From a bacterium (GTDB taxonomy: Bacteria > Zhuqueibacterota > Zhuqueibacteria > Zhuqueibacterales > Zhuqueibacteraceae), in assembly GCA_044869275.1 (NCBI GenBank), contig JBIOXB010000064.1, positions 1 to 42,393 of the forward strand: a DNA stretch of 42,393 nucleotides. Reading direction: 5' to 3'. The first letter of the stretch is position 1; each line of letters begins with the position of its first letter. The position numbers were made by a program, and so were the translations under genes. Below the pieces are notes generated by a model that was given only the letters and a program-made list of their open reading frames with translations, was not told the DNA's origin and did no database searches. Of the stretch, positions 27,153 through 37,400 are shown piece after piece.

Positions 27153-27260
27153 CGAAAAAGCTGATGAATTCATATTCGATGTTGTTCGCCCAGCAGAAGC
27201 TTGATTCGAGCGTTGTTGTGCGAACACGGGTTGAACTTCAATAACGGAGGTTGATTGCAT

Positions 27261-29141
27261 ATGCACAATTTTTTTACACGTTTGCTGCGAGGAAAATCCG
27301 CGTCTCTATTCTTCCTCCTGTTCTTGTTGTTTTCTGTCGCCGCTTCTGCCGCTGACAGAAGATTGCAGAGAGCGAAGCGCTTACCAATGATTGGGCCGGA
27401 TAGTCCCGGTAATGCGCAAGCACTACCGGCTGGCAATCTGCTCAAATCAGCAGCCAAAATAGGCCCGGGATTGTCGTTGTTCGGGACCACATATGATTTC
27501 ATGACCAACAATTCCATGGGCCGCCATATTCACAACTACAGCGATGGCACCATGGCCATTGCGAGAACGTCCGCTCTGGGCGCTATTGGGACATGGCCCG
27601 ATCGCGGCACCATGCATGTTTTTAACGATGGCAGTGCCTGGCTGCTGCCCGCTGCCAAAGTCGAAACCGGACGTGCTGGATGGGGCAATATCTCCGCCTT
27701 GAGTCAGGGCGAGGAGGTGATCGCTTCCCACGCCGGCCTGCAGGTAAACGTCGACGCTTTGAAAGGCTTCGGCATCTGGACGGCCAGTGTAACGGGTGAA
27801 TATCCCATCTCTCCCCCGGGCTCGGATTTGACATGGCCGCGCGTGGTGGTGGACGGGAAAAACAACATTCACATCGTGGTCACCTATTTTACTTTTGACC
27901 CCTTTCCGGGTTTGGGCGGCGGCACTTACCCCGTTTATGCGCGTTCTACGGACGGAGGTCTGACCTGGTCTTTTCGGTTCTTGTTCCAGAAACCCGGCGC
28001 AGCTCCCGGCGATCCGCCAGACACGACCGGAGGGTTGTGGGTTGGGGGCGGCGACTCCGATTCTTATGCCATTGATGCTTGGGGTGACAAGGTCGGCGTC
28101 ATCGCTTGGACCATTTACACTTTAGGTGATGGCAGTGCATTCCGCGGTCAGGATATTCTTTTTGCGGAATCAACTGACAACGGTGCGACGTGGACCTGGC
28201 AAAACATCTCCAACACCGGTACAGCCGTTCCACCGGCGACCGGCAGTTACGCGCCCACTGGCCACCTGGATCTCATTTATGACACAAACGGCGTACCACA
28301 CGTCATTTGGGGCAACTTTTTGGCATTGCCCGATTCAGCTGGCCTGAATGCCAATATGTTCTTGGATACCCTTGCCCCGTTGAGTCACTGGAGCCCTACA
28401 ACAGGTGCCTCTACCGTTGTTTCTCGTGCTGACATCGTCGACGCCGATATAAACGCCTTTCCAGGTTCTGAAACTTGGGCACGAGGCAACGGGAGTGGCT
28501 TGTTCTGGCCCTCGATCGGTGTTGGTAATAACAACACTTTGTATCTTATCTTTAGCGCGCCAACAGCCAATGATGTCGACGCTGATACCGTGGATTACCT
28601 GGATATCTATGCCACGGGTTCGGCAGACGGAGGCAGAACTTGGGGTTCACCGGCAGTGAATATCACCAATTCTCCCGGCACCGAAGACAAGTATGGCTCG
28701 CTGGCCAAATTGGTCGACGACAGTTTGCGTATCGTTTACGGCTCGGATGAGGTGAATGGCGGCATTGTCCAACCCGGCAATCAAACCACGAACTCAGCAA
28801 CTGTATATCTGGGCTTCGCTGCCAACCAAGTTCCGACAACGACTTCTGCAGTTGCTGACCGCCCGACCGGTGTTCCCGAGGCTTTCGCCTTAGAGCAAAA
28901 CTACCCAAATCCGTTCAATCCTTCCACCTCCATCGCCTTCTCGCTGCCCGCCAGCGTGGGTGTGAAGCTGGAAGTCTATAACATGATCGGGCAAAAGGTG
29001 GCTACGTTAGTGAACGGCAAACTGGCCGCAGGCAATCACACCATCAATTGGGAGGCGCGAGACGTGCCTTCCGGCATTTACTTCTACAAGCTTGAGGCCG
29101 CGAATTTTTCTCAAACCCGCAAGATGCTGCTCATGAAATAA
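27261..29141 (+). CDS. Secreted Asp-box beta-propeller protein with T9SS type A sorting domain (paralog of 25183-27015)
   Basis: Signal peptide; STDGGLTW, STDNGATW, SADGGRTW; shares NVDALKGFGIWT with the upstream paralog; CTD QNYPNPFNPST...RKMLLMK; GGAGG RBS. Confidence 0.85.
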   Translation: MHNFFTRLLRGKSASLFFLLFLLFSVAASAADRRLQRAKRLPMIGPDSPGNAQALPAGNLLKSAAKIGPGLSLFGTTYDFMTNNSMGRHIHNYSDGTMAIARTSALGAIGTWPDRGTMHVFNDGSAWLLPAAKVETGRAGWGNISALSQGEEVIASHAGLQVNVDALKGFGIWTASVTGEYPISPPGSDLTWPRVVVDGKNNIHIVVTYFTFDPFPGLGGGTYPVYARSTDGGLTWSFRFLFQKPGAAPGDPPDTTGGLWVGGGDSDSYAIDAWGDKVGVIAWTIYTLGDGSAFRGQDILFAESTDNGATWTWQNISNTGTAVPPATGSYAPTGHLDLIYDTNGVPHVIWGNFLALPDSAGLNANMFLDTLAPLSHWSPTTGASTVVSRADIVDADINAFPGSETWARGNGSGLFWPSIGVGNNNTLYLIFSAPTANDVDADTVDYLDIYATGSADGGRTWGSPAVNITNSPGTEDKYGSLAKLVDDSLRIVYGSDEVNGGIVQPGNQTTNSATVYLGFAANQVPTTTSAVADRPTGVPEAFALEQNYPNPFNPSTSIAFSLPASVGVKLEVYNMIGQKVATLVNGKLAAGNHTINWEARDVPSGIYFYKLEAANFSQTRKMLLMK

Positions 29142-29152
29142 GGTCAAAAGTC

Positions 29153-29214
29153 ACTGACCGGTCACTACTGCAAATCATTATCCAACAAAACAGCTGCAGA
29201 AGTGACCGGTCAGT
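29153..29214. repeat. 20-bp inverted repeat whose arms each contain the palindrome TGACCGGTCA
   Basis: ACTGACCGGTCACTACTGCA ... TGCAGAAGTGACCGGTCAGT (one mismatch). Confidence 0.7.
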
Positions 29215-29277
29215 TTACCTAGTGGGAAATAAACCTGCAACAGGGTCGCGGCCAGCGATCTCTCCCCTGCCAAAACG

Positions 29278-29312
29278 AAAGGCCGGCGCATTTTGCCGGC
29301 TTTTTTGTTTTT
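29278..29312 (+). terminator. Rho-independent terminator
   Basis: AAAGGCCGGC-GCATTTT-GCCGGC-TTTTTTGTTTTT. Confidence 0.8.
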
Positions 29313-29388
29313 ACCGTGCTTGAACTTTGCAGAATATTTGCTAAATTGTCGCCATGACAAGGCAAAAGCATCATTTATCGAGGACGAC

Positions 29389-32304
29389 ATGAATGTTCAG
29401 CACGGTTTCGAGCTGCTGCGCCAGCAGGAAATTCCCGAATTGAAAGCCCGGGCTTTGCTTTTTCGCCATAAGAGAACCGGCGCGGAACTGCTGTCGCTGG
29501 AAAATGACGACGAAAATAAAGTTTTCGGCATCACCTTCCGCACGCCTCCGCCAGATTCCACCGGCGTCGCGCACATTTTGGAGCATACGGTGCTCTGCGG
29601 CTCTCGTAAATTCCCCGTCAAAGATCCGTTCGTGCAAATGATCAAGGGCTCGCTCAACACCTTCTTGAACGCGCTCACTTTTCCGGACAAAACTTGTTAT
29701 CCCGTGGCCAGCACGAACTTGCAGGACTTTTATAACTTGATCGAGGTGTATCTCGACGCGGTACTTTATCCGCGCTTGACCAGGCATAAGTTTCAACAGG
29801 AGGGCTGGCGCTACGAATTGGAAAAGCCGGAGGCGCCGCTGACCTTCAAAGGCATCGTGTTCAACGAAATGAAAGGCGCTTATTCCTCTCCCGATCGTTT
29901 GCTCGGCGAGTATGCGCAGCAGTCGCTTTTCGCCGGCCATGTCTATGGCGTCGATTCCGGTGGCCATCCGCGCCACATTCCGGATTTGACCTACGAGCAA
30001 TTCGCCGCTTTTCATCAGAAGTATTACCACCCCTCAAATGCCCGCCTCTATTTTTACGGCAATGACGATCCGGAAAGGCGTCTGCAAATTGCTCATGCCT
30101 ACATGCAAGACTTCGACCGCCAGGAAGTCGCCTCGGCGATTTCATTGCACCAGGGCCCCCAACAGCCGCAGAGCTTCCAGTACAAGTTTCAGGCGGGAGA
30201 GGAAACGCATGCCGCGGCCGCGGGGAGAATGATGGTGAATTGGCTTTTCCCGGAGGCGCAAGATCCCGTGCTGATGCTGGAATTGAGCCTGCTTTCGCGC
30301 ATTCTGATCGGCACGCCGGCCGCGCCGCTGTATAAAGCGTTGATCGATTCCGGCCTGGGCGAGGACGTGACCGGCGGCCTGGAAAGCGAAATTCGCCAGA
30401 TGTATTTTTCCGCCGGCTTGAAGGGCATCGCTAAGGAAAATGCCGGGAAGGTCGAAGCGCTCATTTTTGAAACGCTGCGCCAACTGGCCGCCAAGGGCAT
30501 CGAGCCGGACACGATTGCCGCCTCGTTAAACACCATCGAGTTTCGCCTGCGTGAAAAAAATACCGGCTCGTATCCGCGCGGCTTGGCTTTGATGTTCAGC
30601 GCGCTCACGACCTGGCTGCATGGCGGCGACCCACTGGCGCCGCTGGCCTACGAGGCGCCGCTGGCAACGGTGAAAGAACGCGCGGCGAGTCAGTCGCGTT
30701 ATTTTGAAGAGATGATCATGCGTTATTTGCTGGAGAACCCGCAGCGCACCACCGTCGTGCTCGTGCCGGACGCCGAGGTGGGCAAATTGGAGGAAGAGCG
30801 GGAAAAGAAGCGTCTGGCCGAAGCGCGCGCCCGCATGAGCCCGGCCGAACTGCAGGCCGTGATCGAAAACACGCGCGCGTTGAGCGCGTGGCAGGAAACT
30901 CCGGATCCGCCGGAAGCCCTGGCGACGCTGCCCTTTTTAAAACGGTCGGACCTCGACCGTTACAATCAGAAAATCCCTCTCGCGGTGCGCGCGCACCGCG
31001 GCACTCCCGTGCTGTATCACGATTTGTTTACGAATGGCATCGTTTATCTCGAAGTGGGCTTCAATCTGCGCAGCTTGCCGCAGGAGTTGCTGCCTTATCT
31101 TTCGCTGTTCAGCAGCGCGCTGCTGCAGATGGGCACCACGGCAGAAACATTCGTGCAGCTCACGCAGCGCATCGGCCGCAAGACCGGCGGGGTCTGGCCG
31201 AGCACGCTCGTTTCCATGAAACAAGGCGAGGAGGTCGCGACCACCTGGCTGTTTCTGCGCGGCAAATCGATGGTCTCGCAAGCAGAGGAACTGCTGGCGA
31301 TTGTGCACGACGTGCTGCTGACGGCACGCTTCGATGATCGCGAGCGCTTCCGGCAATTGGTGCTCGATGAAAAATCCAGCCTGGAATCGGGCTTGGTGCC
31401 GCGCGGCTCCGGCGTGGTGAGCGCGAGATTGAACGCGCGCTTTCACGAAGCGGGCTGGCTGAGCGAGCAGATGGGCGGCATTACCTATCTTTTCTTCGTG
31501 CGCCGCCTGGCGGAAATGGTCGATTCCGATTGGCCGAGCGTGCAAGCGGCTTTGGAAAAAATCCGCCGTTTGCTGGTGAATCGCCGCCATATGATTTGCA
31601 ACCTCACGCTCGACGCGGCGAATGACGTGCTTTTCGAGCCGCATCTGCAAGACTTTCTGGAAACGCTGCCCGAACAAGAATCGCTTTTGCAAACCTGGAC
31701 GCCGCAATACGATTCCGCGCATGAGGGTTTGACCATTCCCGCGCAAGTGAATTACGTGGGCAAGGGCGCGAATCTATACCGGCAGGGCTACAAATTTCAC
31801 GGCTCGGCTTTTGTGATTACCAATTTTCTGCGCACCACCTGGTTGTGGGAGCGCGTGCGCATGCAGGGCGGCGCCTATGGCGGCTCTTGCGGCTTCGACC
31901 GGCGCTCGGGCGTGTTCAATTTCGTGTCTTACCGGGATCCGAATTTGTTGAAGACGCTGGAGAATTACGACTCGGCCAGCCGCTTTCTGCGCGAGGTGGA
32001 ATTGAATGAAGAGGAATTGACCAAAAGCATTATCGGCACGATCGGCGACTTGGACGCGTATCAGTTGCCCGACGCCAAGGGCTACGCTTCGATGGTGCGC
32101 TATCTGGTGGGCGACACGGAGGAGGAGCGCCAGCGCATGCGCGAGGAAGTGCTGGGCACGACCGCGCAGGAGTTCAGAGATTTTGCCGAGGCTTTGCAAA
32201 AAGTCCAGCAACACGGCACGGTCGTCGTGATGGGTTCGCCAAATGCGATTGCTTCCGCAAATGCGGAAAGGAAAGATTGGCTGAAGGTGACGAAGGTGTT
32301 GTAA
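29389..32304 (+). CDS. M16C (insulinase family) presequence-protease-like zinc metallopeptidase, cytoplasmic
   Basis: STGVAHILEHTVLCGSRKFP (HXXEH), LNALTFPDKTCYP, GIVFNEMKG, YHPSNA, VRMQGGAYG, SYRDP; no signal peptide; ATG 29389 after GAGG. Confidence 0.95.
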   Translation: MNVQHGFELLRQQEIPELKARALLFRHKRTGAELLSLENDDENKVFGITFRTPPPDSTGVAHILEHTVLCGSRKFPVKDPFVQMIKGSLNTFLNALTFPDKTCYPVASTNLQDFYNLIEVYLDAVLYPRLTRHKFQQEGWRYELEKPEAPLTFKGIVFNEMKGAYSSPDRLLGEYAQQSLFAGHVYGVDSGGHPRHIPDLTYEQFAAFHQKYYHPSNARLYFYGNDDPERRLQIAHAYMQDFDRQEVASAISLHQGPQQPQSFQYKFQAGEETHAAAAGRMMVNWLFPEAQDPVLMLELSLLSRILIGTPAAPLYKALIDSGLGEDVTGGLESEIRQMYFSAGLKGIAKENAGKVEALIFETLRQLAAKGIEPDTIAASLNTIEFRLREKNTGSYPRGLALMFSALTTWLHGGDPLAPLAYEAPLATVKERAASQSRYFEEMIMRYLLENPQRTTVVLVPDAEVGKLEEEREKKRLAEARARMSPAELQAVIENTRALSAWQETPDPPEALATLPFLKRSDLDRYNQKIPLAVRAHRGTPVLYHDLFTNGIVYLEVGFNLRSLPQELLPYLSLFSSALLQMGTTAETFVQLTQRIGRKTGGVWPSTLVSMKQGEEVATTWLFLRGKSMVSQAEELLAIVHDVLLTARFDDRERFRQLVLDEKSSLESGLVPRGSGVVSARLNARFHEAGWLSEQMGGITYLFFVRRLAEMVDSDWPSVQAALEKIRRLLVNRRHMICNLTLDAANDVLFEPHLQDFLETLPEQESLLQTWTPQYDSAHEGLTIPAQVNYVGKGANLYRQGYKFHGSAFVITNFLRTTWLWERVRMQGGAYGGSCGFDRRSGVFNFVSYRDPNLLKTLENYDSASRFLREVELNEEELTKSIIGTIGDLDAYQLPDAKGYASMVRYLVGDTEEERQRMREEVLGTTAQEFRDFAEALQKVQQHGTVVVMGSPNAIASANAERKDWLKVTKVL

Positions 32305-32413
32305 GCAAGGAGCTTCTAGCCTTTTCGAAAACACTGAAATGTCATCCCGCAGGGATCTTGGTTGACTCGAGTGCAGCACCTAGTTCAGGCCTTGGGCAAG
32401 CGAAACTTGAAAA

Positions 32414-32463
32414 CTCTCGTTCCACCGCTGCGCGGTGGAATGCATACGACGACGCTCTGCGTC
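32414..32463. repeat. REP-like element
   Basis: CTCTCGTTCCACCGCTGCGCGGTGGAATGCATAC-GAC-GACGCTCTGCGTC: two adjacent hairpins (TTCCACCGC/GCGGTGGAA and GACGC/GCGTC). Confidence 0.55.
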
Positions 32464-32562
32464 CGAAAAAATTAGGCTGTAATAAGTATTGCGAAAATAA
32501 ATAGGCTGCACGCGAATTCTCTTCTCCAAATTTCTCAAAGCCCGAAAACTCTAGCCCCTCCC

Positions 32563-34413
32563 ATGCCCCAACGCTCGCCGCTGCGCCGGTTTCTCGCCTA
32601 CGTCATGCCATACCGCGGGTTAGTGGCGAGTGCGGCCTTCATGGGTATTCTCAAATTTTGCCTGCCTCTGCTTTTCCCGCTCGCGCTCAAATTCATCACC
32701 GATGATATTCTCGTGGGACAATCCTCCGTGCCGCAGGCGCGCGATGCCTTCAGCAAACTCTTCATGTGGTGGGCCACGCATGTGGCCGCGTGGTTGCCGT
32801 TTCTCGGGAGTGGAAAAATGGCACTGCTCAATGCCACGGCGCTCACCATGCTGGTGGTTTATATCGTGCTCGCCGTGGCGACGTTTTACCGGAGCTGGCT
32901 GGCCGGCGTCGCCGGGCAAAGATTGGTGTTCGATCTGCGCTTTGATTTCTATCAGCACATTCAAAGCATGTCGCACAATTTTTTCACCAGCCAGCGTTCG
33001 GGCAATATCGTGTCGCGCTTCATGAGCGACGTGACGCTGGCGCAAAACTTCGTCGGCAGCGCACTCACCAATGTTTGGATGGACGGCGCCTCGCTCTTTT
33101 TCGTCGTCTATATTCTGTTCTATCTCGAGGCGCGCCTGGCCTGGGTGGCACTGGCGGTCATGCCCTGCTATGTCGTTTTGATTCGCTTTATGAGCCCGCG
33201 CATTAAAAAAGCCAGCCGCAGCGCGCAGGAAAAATTGGAAGAAATGAGCGGTGATTTGCAGGAAAAAATCGGCGGCATGAGTGTGATCAAGGCTTTTCAT
33301 CAGGAACGCCGCGAAGCACTCCGCTTTTTCCGCCTCAGCCACCGCTTGTTTAATTATTTCAAAGATAACGTGTATTTGAATTCGTGGAATCAGGCCTACA
33401 GCGGATTTCTCACCACCGTCGCGCCGCTGGTGGTGGTGTGGGTGGCGGCCACTTTTGTCTTGCGCGCCGAGATGACCGTGGGCACCATGATCGCGTTTTA
33501 CGGCTTTCTCGGCTCCCTGTACTTGCCGCTGCAGCGCTTCAGCGAATTGGGCCTGATCGTGAGCAATGCGCTCGCCGCCATCGAGCGCATTTTCGAGTAT
33601 TTCGACATTCCACCGCAGATCCAGGAAAAACCCGACGCCCAAACGCTGCCGGGGATTCGCGGCCACATTCGCTTCGAGCGCGCGCATTTCGCATATGACC
33701 AGCAATTGCCGGCGTTGAGCGATATTGATTTCGAGATCAAGCCCGGAGAGATGGTGGCGCTGGTGGGGGCCAGCGGCTCGGGCAAATCCACGCTGGTCAG
33801 CTTGATTCCGCGCTTTTACGACGTCACTTCCGGACGCGTGCTCATCGACAATTATGACGTTCGCGCGGCGACGTTCAAATCGCTGCGCCGGCAAATCGGC
33901 ATCGTGCTGCAGGAATCGATATTGTTCAGCACGACTTTGCGAGAAAATTTGCTGTATGGCCGGCCGCATGCTACGGAGGCGGAAGTGCTTTCCGCCGCCG
34001 AAGCGGCGAACGCCATCGAGTTTATCAAAGCTTTGCCCCAGGGATTTGACACGGTCATCGGCGAACGCGGAGTCAAATTATCCGGCGGCCAGCGCCAGCG
34101 CGTCGCCATTGCGCGCGCGTTCTTGAAAAATCCGCGCATTCTGATTCTGGATGAAGCGACTTCTTCATTGGATTCGGAATCCGAGCATCTGATCCAAGAA
34201 GCGCTGGCGCGGCTGATGCGGGGCCGCACCACGATCGTGATTGCGCATCGTCTTTCCACCGTGGTCGAGGCGGACAAAATCGTGGTGCTGCAAAACGGCC
34301 GGGTCGTGGAGATCGGCCGCCACGAAGAATTGTTATTGCGCGGCGGCCACTATGCCTTTCTCGCGCGGCGGCAATTTCGCGATACGCTGCCCTTGCGCGC
34401 CGAGGCGGCATGA
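32563..34413 (+). CDS. ABC exporter, fused permease/ATP-binding half-transporter (Sav1866/MsbA-like)
   Basis: N-terminal TM domain; Walker A GASGSGKST, signature LSGGQRQR, Walker B ILILDEATS, H-loop IAHRLST. Confidence 0.95.
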   Translation: MPQRSPLRRFLAYVMPYRGLVASAAFMGILKFCLPLLFPLALKFITDDILVGQSSVPQARDAFSKLFMWWATHVAAWLPFLGSGKMALLNATALTMLVVYIVLAVATFYRSWLAGVAGQRLVFDLRFDFYQHIQSMSHNFFTSQRSGNIVSRFMSDVTLAQNFVGSALTNVWMDGASLFFVVYILFYLEARLAWVALAVMPCYVVLIRFMSPRIKKASRSAQEKLEEMSGDLQEKIGGMSVIKAFHQERREALRFFRLSHRLFNYFKDNVYLNSWNQAYSGFLTTVAPLVVVWVAATFVLRAEMTVGTMIAFYGFLGSLYLPLQRFSELGLIVSNALAAIERIFEYFDIPPQIQEKPDAQTLPGIRGHIRFERAHFAYDQQLPALSDIDFEIKPGEMVALVGASGSGKSTLVSLIPRFYDVTSGRVLIDNYDVRAATFKSLRRQIGIVLQESILFSTTLRENLLYGRPHATEAEVLSAAEAANAIEFIKALPQGFDTVIGERGVKLSGGQRQRVAIARAFLKNPRILILDEATSSLDSESEHLIQEALARLMRGRTTIVIAHRLSTVVEADKIVVLQNGRVVEIGRHEELLLRGGHYAFLARRQFRDTLPLRAEAA

Positions 34414-34424
34414 AGCAGTTGCTA

Positions 34425-37400
34425 CTACTCCAATACCATCATCTTCCGCACTTGCCGGAATTCCCGCCTGCCTTCGTTTGAGACGGCGCGCAGGCGATAG
34501 AAATAAATGCCGTTCGTTACCATCCGGCCCCGATCGTCGCGGCCGGCCCAGCGGATCAGGTGCGCGCCTGCGGGTTTGCGGCCCGACGGCAGGGTTGCGA
34601 CGCGCTGCCCCAGCACATCAAAAATCGTGATTTCAATTTCAGCGGGCGCAGCCAAATCAACGCGAATGCTGGTGGTGGCGCTCGAGCCCTGTGCCTCGCG
34701 TCGCATGAAAGGATTCGGATAGTTTTGATGCAACGCAAACGCGGCAGGCAAAACCGAAGGCGCTTCGCGTTCTTCTACGGCCACGGCACCGGACGCGGTG
34801 ATTTGAATGTCGTCCACGAACCAGCCGCGCCGGCCCGTTTGCGGTTGATTGTCGGTTTGCACGCGAAACCGCAAGCGCACGTCGCTGAACGCCGCCCCGG
34901 TGAATGCCGTGAGCGCATAGGTTTTTTTCTGCCAGCCCGTGCCCAGGCCGCGAAATTCTTCGCTGAGCGTGCTCCAATTTTGCCCGCCGTCGCTGCTGAT
35001 CTCGACCACGCCGAAATCTTCCTGATTGGCTTGAAAGAGATGCAGCTCGGCGAAAGACAATTGTGCGGCCGCGGTATCGGAAAAATCGAGTGGAAACGCC
35101 AGGGTCAGAGCCGTGTTCAGATTTTGCTCGTAGTTCGCAAGCTGCGGCGACTGGTTCGCCGCATACCTTCCTGAAAATTTCGCGATGGTCGCAAGTCCCC
35201 AGCCGTTGCTGGGCACGCTCCAATCATCCAAACCGTTTTCAAAATCTTCCAATCCGACGATGAAGCTTCTGGTTTCCGACACGCCGCGATTGCCGGCGAG
35301 AGCGAGATCGCGCGCGCGCGCTTGATAGGTTACGGTATCACCATAAACAAAATTCCCCGCCAGGCTGCCGGCAAAACCGTCGAGCTGTGCGGCGGGGCTG
35401 AGCTGCACGCTGTCGCGCACCCCCGAGGTGCTGTGAAAGAGAACGAATACCGAGTTGAAATCGACGCCGAGGTTGTCCCTGGCCTCGACGGCAACCGGAT
35501 AGCTGTCGAGTTTCCTGATGCGGTTCGGAATCGCGGTCAGGTTTGCCAGCTGCGGCGGCATACGGTCGGGCCGGACGGCATAGGCATACTGGGAGAGCGG
35601 CGTGGCGAAGTTATTCGCGGTACGCGCGAAAATAAAATACTCCACATTTTTGTTGCTCTGCGCCGGAATGCTCGCACTGTAATTGCCGTTGCCGTCATGG
35701 GTCATTTCGATGCGGTTGAAAGGCATCGCGCCGTCAGTGTCCCAATACAACGCCACGCTCGCCATCTGGCTTACGGTCGAAGTAACTTTAGCAAGAACTG
35801 GCCGTGCCGCAGTGGTGTCTTCGGTGTCGCGCAGCGGCGTGTGCTCGAGGGTGACACCATTGAGCCAATTGATCACGCGCGGCATCACTTCGCTGCGCAC
35901 ACTGCTTTCAACAATTGCTTCGTAGCCGCCAAAAGCGAAATAGACCGTACGATAACTTCCGGCATGGCGCACGGCGCCGGAGCGATTGTTGGAATAATCA
36001 AAAACGCTGACGGCGGGCGCGAGCGCTTCGATCTCGCTGGGGAATTGTTCGGTGCCGGCCCGGCCAGGTTGTGAAACACTGAAACTCAAACCCGCGCCGA
36101 TAGGGTCGCCGGCGCTGCCGGTCAAATTGGAAAAAGGCGAATCGTCGGCGAGATAGCGCGCATGCAAATAGGCTTCATAGAATACCAGTGAGGCGCCGTC
36201 GGAAATGGTGAATTCATTCGCCACCCCGGGCTCTTGCTCGCACAAGTCCCAGCCAATGTCCTGGCCGGATAAAAAGAGATTGCCGCCGGCATCGAGAAAT
36301 TTGCTCAATTCAGCGCGGTCGATGGAGTCCAGTGCCGGGAACGCCCATTCGCACCCCCACACCACGGTGCTGTATTGCTGCATCAAGCTAGCCGGCGGCG
36401 TGCCTTGCCGGCTGTGATCCCAGGAATCGGCGCCGATCCCGTATTGCGCGAAAGCCTCGTGGTAGAAACTTTCTATGTTGTTGATGCCGTCGTCGTCGTC
36501 TACAAGCAATACGCTGGGCAGGATCGTCCAGGCAAACTCGAACTCTTCAGTATATCCGCCGGCGGCGACGCGTAGCCGAAAAGGAACGCGTTCCGGCAAA
36601 GCTTCGGCGCCTGCGCTCACCGTTAACTGTGAAGCCGGAATCGTGACGAAGGAATTGCCGTAATCCGCCACGCCCGGAAAATTTCCGATGGTGGTCGTGC
36701 CACTTACCACGCTTGCCGCCCAGTGCGCAGCACTCAACTGCACTTGCACATTCGCGGCATTGCCCAGCACATTCCGCAGACGAATCTCGAAGCCGGCGGT
36801 TTCACCGGCTTCCCATACGCCGTTGCCGTTTCCGCCGGCGGCATCGTTCAAAGCGACGCTGACAAAATCAATATCCGGCGGCAAAGCCGCGGCAGGCGCG
36901 GCGACCGCGCGTTGCGCATTGACCAAGCCGTATCCCATCCGGCCTTGCAAGCCGGGGTTCGCCGCCTCGAGGTTGTCGGCCGTGCCGCAAAGCTGCAAGA
37001 AAATCTCGCCGGCGGTACGCGCGGGATTTTGCTGCTTGAGCAAGGCCGCGATGCCGGCGACGATCGGACTCGAAAACGAAGTTCCGGCTTCAAGAATAAA
37101 TTGCTGGCCATTGTTGCTGGGATTGCCGGGATCGGTGGTGGTCAGCACATTCTCGCCGGGCGCAAAGAGCTGCACGAATTTGGTGCGGCCGTAATTCGAG
37201 AAACCGGACTTGCGATTGTTGCTTTGTACCGCGCCCACGGACAAGACGCCGGGAAAGCTGGCAGGATAATACGGCGCCAGCTCGCTGTCATCACCCACAT
37301 TGTCGGGGCCGCCATTGCCGGCTGCGGCCACCAGCAACACGCCCATGCGCAGGGCCGCGTCAACCATATCCGCTTCGAAGGGCGAGAAGCCCGTGCCGCC

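Noticed and set aside
15528..29312. tRNA-anchored genomic island carrying the TBDR cassette
   Set aside because: No integrase, and I found no direct repeat of the tRNA 3' end downstream; the TBDR cassette codon usage looks host-like.
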